NCBI GenBank assembly: GCA_011109175.1
Contig: RDEW01000016.1
Coordinates: 858,367-919,708 of the forward strand
Origin: Dicyema japonicum
Lineage: Eukaryota > Animalia > Dicyemida
DNA length: 61,342 nucleotides
Reading direction: 5' to 3'
Shown piece after piece: positions 24,300 to 37,335 of this stretch. Under the pieces are notes generated by a model. The model did not search any database. It saw only the letters and a program-made list of their open reading frames with translations, and was not told the DNA's origin. Position 1 is the first letter of the stretch. Every line of letters begins with the position of its first letter. A program made the translations under genes and the position numbers.

Positions 24300-24850
24300 G
24301 CCTCTTGTTGAACCCAATGTCTGACTGGTATCCAAAAAAGATCGCCTTACTCCAGCGGCGGGGTTACCGCAATGACCGACATGGATGAACAGGATGCCTT
24401 TTACTTCGACCGCGGAAATTGCATCTAAATTATTAGAACATAATTCCGTACAATTATTCAAGTAAGGAAACCCTCAGGTAGGCTTCCTGATAAAATCTGT
24501 TTCATAAACAAGGTAATTGAATTTGCAAGGGTATGTTTTGGATCCCCAACTAACAAAGAACTCAGATCTTTCATATGACCTGGGCTCATTCCTTCGCGAC
24601 TTCCAATGCTACTAAGAGCGAAATTTCGTATCAAAAAAAGTATTTCATCACTCGATGTAGTTAGGGGACTGACTTTGGCGGGACAAGTGACAAAGCTTAG
24701 ATTTTGTGGTGGTGGTGGGTGCTTGCCAAACAGAATGTTTTTGGTGTTGAAAGCTGATTTGCACGGTCAACTTGAAGAAAATCCCTTTATGGTTGCACGG
24801 GTTCCACTTTTGAACAACTTTGAACTAAAAGTTTTGTTCGAGACGAATGA
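24300..24850 (-). mobile_element. CRE-type RT fragment, decayed
   Basis: LFGKHPPPP...IRNFALSSIGSREGMSPGHMKDL...ITLFMKQILSGSLPE, then VIAV/TPRRWSK (RPIAVG.T.RRL.SK-like). Confidence 0.8.
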
Positions 24851-24899
24851 CTTCTGATACCTTGTTCAAACTTTGAATTTCCTGTATTTGGTAAAAATA

Positions 24900-25204
24900 A
24901 GTATTGTAGTCAGGATAGTTAATTCTATCCATAAAAGTCTGGATGTTGTTAGATATTTTTATAAATGATGTTGCTCTTTCTTCGTATTGAGGTCTTTTTA
25001 TAATATCTGGATTTTGAATAGTCATTAGAGACTGACTTGGGAACCTTCGACTCCTATATATAAATGCAATGCCCACCTTGAGGTTTGCAATGTGATGTCG
25101 CAGATTCAGAACTTCGCTATAAAATCGTTAATATTTAACTGAAGGAAGATTAGAGAGGAGCCAGGACCGGGATTGGGTTCCACATGACCTCATAGAGACA
25201 ACAA
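24900..25204 (-). mobile_element. LINE 5' remnant: 2A-like peptide followed by APE N-terminus
   Basis: LLSL*GHVEPNPGP, then GSSLIFLQLNINDF and HIANLKVGIAFI... (APE motif I/II-like). Confidence 0.75.
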
Positions 25205-25644
25205 AAAGAAAGTAGGAATATTACAAAGCAACCCATTCGAACTAACTGTTGAAGTAGGGAAGGTCAAATAATTCTTCAAATTTGACTGACAATGAGCGCC
25301 ATCTCAACTTATGAAGCATAAGACACCACTCAAACAAAATCTTTTTTATGAATAGAATAAGGACAATTTTTCTTAGTCTATGTATAAACGAATAAAGTAC
25401 AAATAAAATAAAAGAGATCCATGTTGTTAAACAATTTCGCTATAAAGTTTAAAAGAAGAGTATTAAGTGATATGAAAAAAAAGGATTATGAAAAAATTTA
25501 TATAACTGAAACTGAAACATGAAACACTTTATTAAAAAAAGTAGGTACAAGGAACCAAAAGTTTTCAACAACGAATAAAACAAACAAAAAATCCTTTTTA
25601 TTTATTTTGTATTATTCTAAAAAGCTGTCATAACATACACGCAA

Positions 25645-26041
25645 NNNNNNNNNNNNNNNNNNNNNNNNNNNNNNNNNNNNNNNNNNNNNNNNNNNNNNNN
25701 NNNNNNNNNNNNNNNNNNNNNNNNNNNNNNNNNNNNNNNNNNNNNNNNNNNNNNNNNNNNNNNNNNNNNNNNNNNNNNNNNNNNNNNNNNNNNNNNNNNN
25801 NNNNNNNNNNNNNNNNNNNNNNNNNNNNNNNNNNNNNNNNNNNNNNNNNNNNNNNNNNNNNNNNNNNNNNNNNNNNNNNNNNNNNNNNNNNNNNNNNNNN
25901 NNNNNNNNNNNNNNNNNNNNNNNNNNNNNNNNNNNNNNNNNNNNNNNNNNNNNNNNNNNNNNNNNNNNNNNNNNNNNNNNNNNNNNNNNNNNNNNNNNNN
26001 NNNNNNNNNNNNNNNNNNNNNNNNNNNNNNNNNNNNNNNNN
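25645..26041. other. Assembly gap
   Basis: N run; ORF 25628-26203 is an artefact of it. Confidence 1.
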
Positions 26042-26480
26042 TCTGAAGGCTACAAGCTTCCCAGCACAGCTTGAACCAGTGGGTCTTGATCGAGGAGATG
26101 GGAAGAGACCTGACGGGATGACATTTTTCCCCTTCACGTCTAGAAGATCTTTGGTCTGGGACGCAACTTGTGTAGACACGTTCTCAAGCACGAATATTTT
26201 CAAATCGGTTCAGACACCTGGAGCAGCTGCTTCGACTGCGGAGAACATAAAAATCAAGAAATATTCTTGCCTCGGTAATTGCTACCGATTTACTTCTGTT
26301 GCGGCCGAATCATCGAGAGCCGTTGGTCCAATGACGGCTGAGTTTTGCGAGAACTCGGAGGATTGCTTGCCAGAAAGAAAAGGGATCAACGAGAAGGGTT
26401 ATGGCTAAGACAAAAGATTGGAATAGCCATACTCCGAGGGTACTCGTTCGCAATCCACGCAGCAGGCTCCCTTTTAAAAT
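26042..26480 (+). mobile_element. CRE-type restriction-like endonuclease (RLE) 3' end
   Basis: EPVGLDRGDGKRPDGMTFFP...LVWDATCVDTF...K..KY, then DQREGLWLRQKIGIAILRG. Confidence 0.9.
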
Positions 26481-27257
26481 AATCACTTTTTTTTAAAAAT
26501 AAAATTGAAGAATGGTTACAGTATCAAAATACTTAGTTTTTAATATATATATAAATTATTCTAAAAATGAAAATTAATTTTTTTTGAAGTTACAAATTAA
26601 AAAAAACGGTCGATCAGGAATTTTATTTTGTGGCTTTGAGTTTTNGATTGGAATAGCCATACTCCGAGGGTACTCGTTCACAATCCACGCAGCGGCTCCC
26701 TTTTAAAATAATCACTTTTTTTAAAAAAATAAAATTGAAGAATGGTTACAGTATCAAAATACTTAGTTTTTAATATATATATATATATAAATTATTCTAA
26801 AGATAAAAATTAATTTTTTTGAAGTTGAAAAATAAAAAAAACGGTCGATCAGGAATTTTATTTTGTGGCTTTGAGTTTTGTACTAACCGACCAGTTTCTA
26901 TTTAATTTTTTTAATACAATTTATAATTATATTAACCATATTAAAATATTTGATCTATTAATAAAAAATATGTAACTTAAAATTACAAAAGTTTTGAATT
27001 CTTTTACATTGATTAATTTTTTTAATTCCTTTTCTGAATCGACTTTGAGATCAGATTTCCGGGCATTCGGGTGATATTCGCGAACGCCGCTGACCATTCG
27101 GGCTTTTCCATTTAATTAATTATACGTATTTATTGTTCTATTTTCACTATTATTATGCATAATAATAAACGACTAGCTAAATGTTAAATTATGTTCATTT
27201 TAGTCTAGGGTGTCCGCTCTTAGCATTGAAAACGCATTTCCGTTTGTTGATTACTAG

Positions 27258-27480
27258 TTAATTTAGGACCTCGTATTGTGCTCGTTTAGATCTCTTGGTC
27301 TTCTCATCGGCGAAGCAGGCTCCAGAGGTACTCTGATGTAGATTGCAAGCGGCGAATGTGTCGGTGCAGTTGACATCCCAGACAAAAGGTTTCCCAGATT
27401 TATGGCTCGGATTCCTTTGCATATGAGAAAGATTGAAATCCGTTTCGCCAGTCCTTATCAAAAGCAAGAAACCCAAGTGG
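27258..27480 (-). mobile_element. CRE-type RLE fragment
   Basis: SGKPFVWDVNCTDTFA...KRAQY. Confidence 0.75.
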
Positions 27481-27849
27481 TTTAAAAGTTTCCTTCTCTA
27501 ATCGGATTCTTCTGCAGAGATGAGACAAGGCACTTTCGTTCTGTAGTTATATAATGGAGGACTAAAGATGTTGGATAGCGCAGTTGATGGCAGGAACTCG
27601 GATCATCTAACTTACATTATTTCTGTTTTTTTCGTTGAGACTAAGGTTTTAAATAAATAATATAAATCAATTACCAAATTATTTCACTCACAAATATTTT
27701 CATGTTAACTAACCTTTCTATCCCATCGAAATGTTTAATCACAAAACAGTTATATTACGATTATAAATATTTGATTACCAAAATGTATTATTGAAAATGA
27801 GAAATTCTTTTCTCTTGTAGAAGTAAACCTATATACATAGTATTTACAG

Positions 27850-28700
27850 TACATGTCTAAATCTAAGACACCAATAAAGAGAGTGCGCATGTGAAGTCGC
27901 AAGGCCACAGGGTGGAGCGCAGATTAAATACGTCCACTTCTAAAAGCCCCTGAACAGAAGAAGTATGATGCTATAATCGCGCTATAAGAACTGCATGATT
28001 CATCAGTAATACGTGCCAAATATTCCCCATCTGGTCTTGATAATAAATGTATTCAAGTTCTCAGATTTGAAAATGATACATAACTATTAGTTCTTGATCA
28101 CCATTGGATTGTGTATCCATAGTAAACTCCTTAGTTGTTATCTGAGAAAAGCGGTCAAGCTAGTAACACATGTCTGATTTAGTCCCCATGTTCCTGAGTT
28201 TTAGAGCTGTATGGTAAGGACGGAAGCATTCTATAGTCGTACTTTTACTAGTCTTTAGACATGCACGTATCTCAGTCATGTCGATTTTAGTCTCTTCAGC
28301 GCTATTGGTGAGAACAACTTGCTTTGTTAAACATCTTTCCGGTTGTCAAACAATGACTTGACTTTTTTGCTTTTTTCCATATCTCATCGGTGAGTTTGCT
28401 TTCTCGTTTAATAGGAATGAACTCTGTTTTTTGTTCGTTCATTCGCAGAAACTACCTCCAATTACCAAAGAAGATGATTGAAAGCAATCATTATATCATT
28501 TATGTCCTTCAAAAAATGTTAGTACAGACTCTCGGAAGTGACGATTCTGAACCACTGATCGCAGTTTTTGTTATCTTCAAGGACCTGTGTGGCCTGGGTA
28601 GACATTAAGTCGTGTATTCTTTAGCCCAGGTTCGATTTTTGGCGAAGTATTCCTTGATGGTCAGTACGGTCTTACGAATGGGATAAGTGGATTTTAGTTA
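27850..28700 (-). mobile_element. Decayed LINE RT region
   Basis: GAFRSGR...LFIGVLDL remnant near 27860-27960; many stops. Confidence 0.45.
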
Positions 28701-29176
28701 TGAAAAGGTTAAGTTGTTAAGATCAAGCGATTGTTGGAAGTGATATAAACTGGTATTTCAAGGCAATTAACAGGAGTAGATTTCAAAAATAGGGGATAGC
28801 TGATGATTTGATCTTGATGAGAAGGACTGCACGAAAGATATGGTCGAATACTTTTGACAATTTTTTCATAGGGAAAAGAATTTTGTGAAATCATCTGCAA
28901 TAAATCAGTTTTTTCAGTATGTATATATCCGCAAATTCAAATTCTGATCCTTTGTTCGGAGGCCAAGTTAAGTTCAATATCTCTAGAAATGAGGAAAATA
29001 TTTTAGGAGCAAAGCTTCCGTCGTAATCGCCTTTAGGAAATACGATAGGAAAAGTGATTGATTTTTTGTAGTACATTATATAGAAAAAACACATCCATAT
29101 GAAAAGTAGTCAATACAAAACACCATGATATGCAGCAAATAGTTTATATTTTTATAATTAAAAACAATGACTTAAA

Positions 29177-29395
29177 AATAATAATAATAATAACAGCCTT
29201 TTTAACGGAGCCGTGGTATTAGCTCCGCATTGGCAGGACACACACTTTATTTAAGTAAAGAACAGTTAATTTTAACTAATCGTAGAACCAAGAAATGATC
29301 TTTACTTCTATTTTCTTTTTCTTGTGTGTGGGTCCTCTCTAGACAATCCAGTTCCGCAGTGAGAGTCCACTGATGATGGCGTCACTCGTCAAGCC
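29177..29395 (-). mobile_element. SINE copy 3 (5'-truncated, with (TTA)n tail)
   Basis: Matches 7150-7310 and 21412-21460; minus-strand 3' end ...aaaaggctgttattattattatt. Confidence 0.8.
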
Positions 29396-30260
29396 TTTTT
29401 TAAAATGGAAATTCATGCAAATCAATCAGTATATCACTGATGCCCTTCAGAAAAAAGTGTGAGTACAGACTCTGACTTAAAAAGTGGCGTTATAAATCAT
29501 AGATTATTTATAAATTTAATTAAATTTATATTTAAATTATTTTTTAAGTAAATCAATTAAGTTAGAATTTAAAATAGAATATATTAAACGTGTAAATAAA
29601 TTGAACGTGTTACGCTTTGGTNACTGATGATGGCGTCACTCGTCAAGCCTTTTTTAAAATGGAAATTCATGCAAATCAATCAGTATATCACTGATGCCAT
29701 TCAGAAAAAAGTGTGAGTACAGACTCTGACTTAAAAAGTGGCGTTAAAAATCATAGATTATTTATAAATTTAATTAAATTTATATTTAAATTATTTTTTT
29801 AAGTAAATCAATTAAGTTATAATTTAAAATATAATATATTAAACGTGTAAATAAATTGAACCTGTTACGCTTCGGTTGAGATGACTACGCTACAGAAGCA
29901 ACTTAATAAACTTGCAAAACCTCAAGAAACCAGCATTTTNGATAGGAAAATAGTGTGGTTCTTTTTCATGTGTGCTGTGTAGGGCACAGGCACAACCAAA
30001 TGACACCTCTTGGTGAGCCACAACATCATAATACTAGACAAATTTTATAATCAAAAACACTGACTTAAAAAGTGGCGTTAAAAATCATAGATTATTTATA
30101 AATTTAATTAAATTTATATTTAAATTATTTTTTTAAGTAAATAAATTAAGTTAGAATTTAAAATAGAATATATTAAACGTGTTACGCTTCGGTTGAGATG
30201 ACTACGCTACAGAAGCAACTTAATAAACTTGCAAAACCTCAAGAAACCAGCATTTTCAAC
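29365..30260. repeat. Triplicated HEATR1 upstream region and first codons around single Ns (29622, 29940); probable assembly artefact
   Basis: actgacttaaaaagtggcgtt...tattaaacgtgt occurs three times; ATGACTACGCTACAG occurs at 29881 and 30198. Confidence 0.85.
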
Positions 30261-33200
30261 CATGAAAAGCAGCGAGTCTCATTTCTTTTTGATCCTTCTG
30301 AGGCTTCCACCATTGAACCAGAAGTAATTTACGGAATAGGTAGTCTATACATAAAGTAAACAATTTAGGCTTAAATGGCATTGAAGAGCTCTGTTCATTG
30401 GATGGTTCTTTTATTCAATTCTATTCCAAATTATTCGACGAGAAGATTATCAACTATGATCGAAGATTAAAGACTAAAGAAGAAAACGAGGAACTCAATT
30501 TCACAATCAAGAAGTTTCTGCTTAAAATATCTCCATATTTTTTGCTGAAATGTGCTCACAAAGTTATCGAGTGGTTAATATTCAGGTATTTGTTCCAAAA
30601 TATATATTAGATTGTATATCCACATTTTCAACAAGGAAGAATTCATAGCAATGGTTCTTCCTTATCACGAAACAAAATCCTTCGTCAGAGCTCTTCAAGT
30701 TTTGAACCTTGGGGACGAATCATCCCACTGGAATTGGCTGGTTAAAGTCCAGCAAAGCGGTTACCCACTCTCTCGAAATGCTGTCGTATCAAGACTTGAA
30801 AAAGATTCGAGATTTCTTGGTTTTGTATGCAAAATCGCTTCTGAATGCAGCAAAGTTTATTTCCCTCTTATTTGTAGATTTCTCCAACTGCTGGAACTTT
30901 CTATTCGTTCTATTCGGCAAGAATTCTGTCAACGCTTTATCAAATGAAGGAAAGAAGAGTCGAAACAATTCTCGTACAAATTATTCCGTTTTTGGTTGAA
31001 GGTGTGACATGTGAGTCTTCTGAGTTCTACAGAAATGCCTCATATATTATTCTGGGACATTTACTCACTTCTACGAGTTATTTGTCATCAAAAGACTGTT
31101 TGAACTTCGCTTTGTTGCTTGTTTCTAAGGTTTATTTTGACGTTTTCATGTTTTGCAGAATTTTGATGATAAAAATCTTTCGGAAGTTGAATTGATGCTG
31201 AAACTGCTGAGTTTTATCTTTCAGAGACATGAAAACATTGAATTTAATGATAAGTAAATTTATTCTGTTAATTTTTTAGAATTTTCAGTTTTATTGTGAT
31301 TATTCCTCAAGTTGAAAAGAAATTAATTTTGATGTACAATTCTGGATTAAAGTCGTTGTGTTTTCTATTTGTCAAAAAACTGACAAATTATGTTTTTATC
31401 GAATCTGGACGGAACTACGAGTTTCAAATATTATTAACCTTCCTAAATGAGACATTTCTTTCTGAACAACATCAATTGGAATTTTTAAAGTTTTTCAATT
31501 TTGTTTATTTTAGTCACTTTTTGCACATTTATGAAACTGTGTCAGAAATATCTTTGGAAAATGGATCAAACGTTCTAAGAGTCTTCGAAAAAACGTTTTA
31601 ATTCGTTTTTATATTAGATATAAAAATAATTTTTCAAAAATTGTGCTGTATCACAAATATCTTTGGAAAATGGATCAAACGTTCTAAGAGTCTTCGAAAA
31701 AACGTTTTAATTCGTTTTTATATTAGATATAAAAATAATTTTTCAAAAATTGTGAATATGCTTCACAAGGATGAATCTGTAAAATGGAAACTTGCTCAAC
31801 TGTCGATTCAGTGTTCATCTGAAAACAGATTTTTGTTGGATTTGGAAACAACTTTGTATTTGGCCCTCAATGACGTCAATCCTTCCACGCGACTTGGAGC
31901 AATTTCCGAGTTGAAAGGGAATATTGATCAAAATGTTTAATGACTTATTTATTTAGAACGTGGATGTTAAATTTGTACGTGATCTGTTAATCTCAAATTT
32001 TGATGTTGAGATCAATGACGTCACTTGTTTTATAGAGCTATTTAGCTCTATTAAAGTTTACTTTTACGTATTATTTTAAGGTTTCCGAGTATTTGAGCCC
32101 CAAGGATTTGTTCCATGGATTTTGTAAGGCTTTAATTCGAGTTGGAAGATCAAATTTAAACACAAGGTTGAAATTACAAGCTTACATTTTAGGCAAAAAT
32201 TGGTTGCTTTATTTCATTTGTTATTCGAATCCTATGATCTGGAAGTGAGTGATTTGAAAAGCTCCAAAATCCTTTTAATTAGCGAACTACTTGTTTTTAA
32301 TGAAGAAGACAACTCACTTTTAATATCTTCTCTAAAAAATTCAAAAATTTTGAGTAATTTTTTGAAATTAATTAATTCGTAGGTTTTAAATCCTCCACTT
32401 TCAAGTCACCAGAAAAGATAAATTATGTAGTTATACGCAATATGTACGATTTATTTTCTAATGGATGTAAAATAAATAATCAAAAAGTGATAAATATTTT
32501 ATAATTATAGATTAAATTTATTTTTATGGATGATTCTCAAAGGTCGTCACTTTTTGCTTTACTATGTCTTGGGTTTATCAGTCTTGGTAATGAAGTCGAT
32601 TATCAGCAACTATCTTTTCAAATTTCTACTTTTATTACAATTTTTAATCGACTTGAGGTTTTTATTTTAACGAATAGTTCAGATAAATTCATACAAGAAA
32701 ACGAAATTAGAAAATTATAATCGCCTTTTTGACTGCTCTAAAAATTCATTAATATTCATTTCTAATTCGATTTTCACACAAAGTTCGCTATTTGTTCCAA
32801 ACTGTATTGCCTCTGTTCTAAACATGATTTGCATAAATTTCCATAAAATATCCAAAAAATGTAACTTTGCTTTTTTTAGTTTAGTAAAATTTAATGAATT
32901 TTGGAGTAACTTCCAAGTCGATGTCAAAGATGAGCAATTATTCAAAGATTTGATGTCTCTCCTAAATTTGTTTTCTTCTGTTAGATCTAAAAACTTATTT
33001 AAAGTTTTTGTAAAAGAAATATACACTGTAATACTTTTCTTAATCTTCAGACTGCTTTTGGATCTGAATACTCACAGATTTTAAATTTTATAAATTTTTC
33101 TTTTATCTGTTACAATAATGAAGTGTTTGAAATCAACTTTGATCTTAATTTTTTGACAAAGTTTTCCAAGTATGTGCTAACTCTTATGAACTTTAAATCT

Positions 33201-36200
33201 TGGATGGATTCTGAATCAAATACAAAATGTAATTTTTATATTTTATAAATAGTTATTTTANAAAAGAAATATACACTGTAATACTTTTCTTAATCTTCAG
33301 ACTGCTTTTGGATCTGAATACTCACAGATTTTAAATTTTATAAATTTTTCTTTTATCTGCTACAATAATGAAGTGTTTGAAATCAACTTTGATCTTAATT
33401 TTTTGACAAAGTTCTCCAAGTATGTGCTAACTCTTATGAACTTTAAATCTTGGATGGATTCTGAATCAAATACAAAATGTAATTTTTATATTTTATAAAT
33501 AGTTATTTTATTCCTTGTGTCCTGTCTATATTCGTCTGATCGTAATCTTCGTGAATCAGTCTTTGAAATTATCAGCATCATAATCAATGATTTACATTCA
33601 GAGTGGAATGCTTCTCTGAAAAGTTTAACTGATCATGTCTGTGCAATGAAAGACTTAATTATCATTAATCGCGACAATTTTGTAGAAGTATTTTTGAATT
33701 TACTATATTTAGTGCCTCAATGAGTTATTTTGAATGCTTCTCTGAAAAGTTTAACTGATCATGTCTGTGGAATGAAAGACTTAATTATCATTAGTCGCGA
33801 CAATTTTGTAGAAGTATTTTTGAATTTACTATATTTAGTGCCTCAATGAGTTATTTTCAAAACCACATCTACAAATTGGTGGAAAACGACAGAAATTTAA
33901 TTGCTCTGATTGTTTTGTTAATTTCGATCGACTTTTTGCAAATTATTTAAGCAATGCTAACTTTTATTTTGTCGATTCTATCATTAACTGTTTGTCTTCG
34001 AGTGCAGTTGAGGTTTCAAGTATTTTTTTAAACTGCAGGCATTAAAATTTATTTTCAACAAATTTCGTAAAAATTTTAAGAATTTTGAAAAATCAGACTT
34101 TATTAAGAATATTGAGCTCGTTTTTAATAATCTCGTATCCAAATTATCTGGATCGACCATTATGTATTGTTTTTGATTTATCTTAGATCTCTTGCTGATG
34201 AAATTTTCAAACTATTGGAGTTACACCAACTCCCAAATTCTATCTATGTGACGTTAATGGAGAAAGTTTATTTTATTACAATTTGTAGTTAAATTCCAAT
34301 GTAGATTTCATCAGCGAATTTTATTCTAATGATGATAGAAGTAAATTGAAATTTGCCGAAAGACTGTTTGCTTTGCGCCTTAAGTCGAATGTGCTGACTA
34401 ATTCTCAACTTAGCACTTGTTTTTATGATTTCTTCTACTCAGTTTTTTTCATACTAATATTTTAGTTTGATTTGCCTGTTTCGTTCTTTGTGAATCAATT
34501 GAATCTGCAACAAAACGTTCCTGATTTAAATTTCTCAACCCGAGGCGATAAAAATAAACGTCAAACTTCCCAAGATTCAATTTGTATTCCAAATAATTCC
34601 GAAACGTTCGATATCGCCATTGAACTTTTGGCAAACTCAAATTCTATTACACGTGAGGACAAAACTCCACTCGTCTCTGTTTTATTTAAAATACTAAATT
34701 TGTATTTTTATGAAAATAATATTTAAGATTGCATGAAAATGACGATTACAATATTCAGCTCGTTCTCAGCAGTTTGATCAAAATGCTAGAATCCGACAAT
34801 ATTTCTAGTTTTGTGTAGGATTATAATTTTAGAAAATCTTTCTGAATCTGAAGTGAATGTTGAAGCTGTCTTAAGAGTTATGGCTGTATCAAAATATGTA
34901 ATGGTTCATCAAAAAGGGATAGCAGTTATAATTTCAATAACAAGATGCTTCCCGGTAATTTGTTAATTGAAATTTTTAGAATTTAATGTTATCAAATTTG
35001 ATCAATGTGTTTACATTTGTGAGCCGCTTAATGCATCAAGTAAGTGATTACATGTCAAATCTCATTGAAAGCCTTATTGTTTCGGTTGTCCCCTTATTAT
35101 TGAATGTATTATTTTGAAATAACCTTAGAATGAATATGATGAAATACAAATTGTTAAATCTGTTGCGGATATTTTACGTATTTTTTTGGACACAGTTCCT
35201 GATATTCCTTCCCAGCATTTGCGACCAATTTTGTCTACTTTGGTTAGAGTTCTGGGAGAAAGAAGATTTTTATGTTTTATCTATCTTCTTGTGTGTGAAC
35301 TCAGCGTTACTTCCTCGTTTGGATCCCTTGGTGATATTTTCATGGAAAATATTATTATGGCTTTATCCCTGCAATTTTCTGCTGACGTCGCTCTTGATAG
35401 CATTGGAAAACTCATCGAATTTTATCAAATTTTGCCATTGAAGTGGACTAAACGTGATTTGCTTGTTAATTATTTTAGAAATTTCTCTCATAAATACGAA
35501 TTCAATTAAGCACAGTAAATTCGAACAATTTACTGCCTGGTTTGAAAATCTGAAAATTATCAAGACTAATTCACAGAATTATCATAATTTTCGAGATGTG
35601 TTACTAAGTTTTGTTTCTACAATACTCAAGACGAAGGTGTTCTATCAGATGGTTATATAAATTATTATCATTTAATAGGCGACTAAATTAACTTCCGAAT
35701 CGGAAGAAGGAATGAAATCTATTAAGAGTGTTCAGAAAATTATTGAATTATGCATTTCAAATGTTGACGATTCAGGTGTAAATGGAAACAAGTTTATTGA
35801 TATTTTAACATTGGTATTGTTTCGCTTATATTGTAGACTGTGAAAATAATGCCTGAAAATTTCGTTATTAAAGTGTTATCTCATTTACTTGAGAGTTCAA
35901 ACGCTGACGTTAAGTGTCGTTCCATAGAATTGTTTTATGATTTCTTACAACTGGAAGGTCGGTTATTCATGGAACAAGTTATTTTTTCATCTAATATTTT
36001 AGAGAGACGACTTGATGTTGCTAATCGGAACTTTGTGTGATGCATTTTATTCGAACAACGTCATTATAGGAGATGCGAAAACTCAAAAGACCATATTTTT
36101 AATTTTGAAACTTCTTGTAAAAGGGTTGTCACCAATTAGTGAGAACCAATTGGAAAATGTTAGTAATTCTAATTTTATTATAGCTGTTGCTTATTACCAC

Positions 36201-37004
36201 AAGAGGCATAGAGGAATCTAATTCCTCAGAGGAATGTATTGCTAGTGCTCTTCTCTGTATGGCTGAAATTATCTCGGCTGGTGAGTACAGTATGATTCCT
36301 TTTGTAAATTCAACTTGTGAATCATATTTGAATTTTGTGGCTCAGAAGAATCATATTTTATTCATGTTTTTACATTGAATTTTATTTTAGTGATAAATCT
36401 GTTTTCGTCAGTGCTTTTATATGCCTTGAAAGGATAGTGAGGAATTTAGCCCAGTTTTTATCACCGTTTATATTAAATTTTATTGAATTGGTGTTATGGT
36501 TTCTTTACAATCTAGGTCGTCGACTGGCAATACAACTCCAAGTTTGATTTTGAGTGGATCTCATTAACTACTCGTCTTGAAGATTTAAAGTTCGATATAA
36601 TTTTAAAACAGATTGAAAATTTCACAAAATANTATGCCTTGAAAGAATCGTACGGAATTTAGCCCAGTTTTTATCACCGTTTATATTAAATTTTATTGAA
36701 TTGGTATTATGGTTTCTTTACAATCTAGGTCGTCGACTGGCAATACAACTCCAAGTTTGATTTTGAGTGGATCTCATTAACTACTCGTCTTGAAGATTTA
36801 AAGTTCGATATAATTTTAAATCAGATTGAAAATTTCACAAAATACAAAAACTTCACTGATCTTCAAAGCAGTCGAGAATTCGGCGGCTTCTCTTGATCAA
36901 ATGGAAATAAAAATTGCACAAGTTTAATTAGTCAAAATTTTATTTTAGAACCGAATTGTGGGGTCATTTGAGATTTTACAAATGCACTTTAAACTTTTTG
37001 ACCA
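30198..37004 (+). CDS. HEATR1: HEATR1/UTP10 (SSU processome t-UTP), many micro-introns; interrupted by duplicated blocks and truncated at N 37005
   Basis: MTTLQKQLNKLA...SFLFDPSEASTI...GIGLNGIEEL, FLLKISPYFLLKCAHKVIEWLI, VLPYHET..FVRALQ, IPSQHLRPILSTLV, LERIVRNLAQFLSPFI. Confidence 0.93.
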
Positions 37005-37039
37005 NGGTAGTCTGTTAGGTCACATTACAGGGACGGGAT

Positions 37040-37335
37040 CTCAACGTTGCTGAAAATCGCTTGGAAATTCTTCATCCAGTTATTGTTATGAACGACCTCG
37101 ATCAGAAGGAGCTGGGATGTCATTCGAAGTAACACGATCTCTTTTACATAGGTTCGAGTTCTCAGGACGTCAATTGGGGGTTCTCTGTCCAGCTCATTCT
37201 CGGGTATCTGCATGCGATCGGACTCGGTAGATGAACGAACTCGTCCAGAAAGGGGCTGGGATGTCATTCAAAGTACCACGATCTCTTTTACATATGTTCG
37301 AGTTCTCAGGACGTCAATTGGGGGTTCTCTGTCCT
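37040..37335. repeat. Diverged ~125-bp tandem duplication, origin unknown
   Basis: ggg.tgtcattc.aagta.cacgatctcttttacata.gttcgagttctcaggacgtcaattgggggttctctgtcc appears twice. Confidence 0.85.

Noticed and set aside
25628-26203. Long ORFs spanning N runs (also 53676-54485 and 18861-19292)
   Set aside because: Artefacts of gap translation.
28709-29120. Small gene head-to-head with HEATR1 (ORFs 28891-29094 and 28709-28900)
   Set aside because: No consistent GT-AG structure or start codon and no recognisable family; it merges into a LINE relic.
29357-29395. CTGATGA followed by a 5-bp stem, resembling a hammerhead ribozyme
   Set aside because: The required GAAA after stem II is absent here and at 21435; it is the antisense of the SINE body.
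21607-37004. NOP2 and HEATR1 as a co-regulated ribosome-biogenesis cluster
   Set aside because: They are separated by 6.6 kb of TE relics and a gap; adjacency of two genes from a large functional class is plausibly chance.
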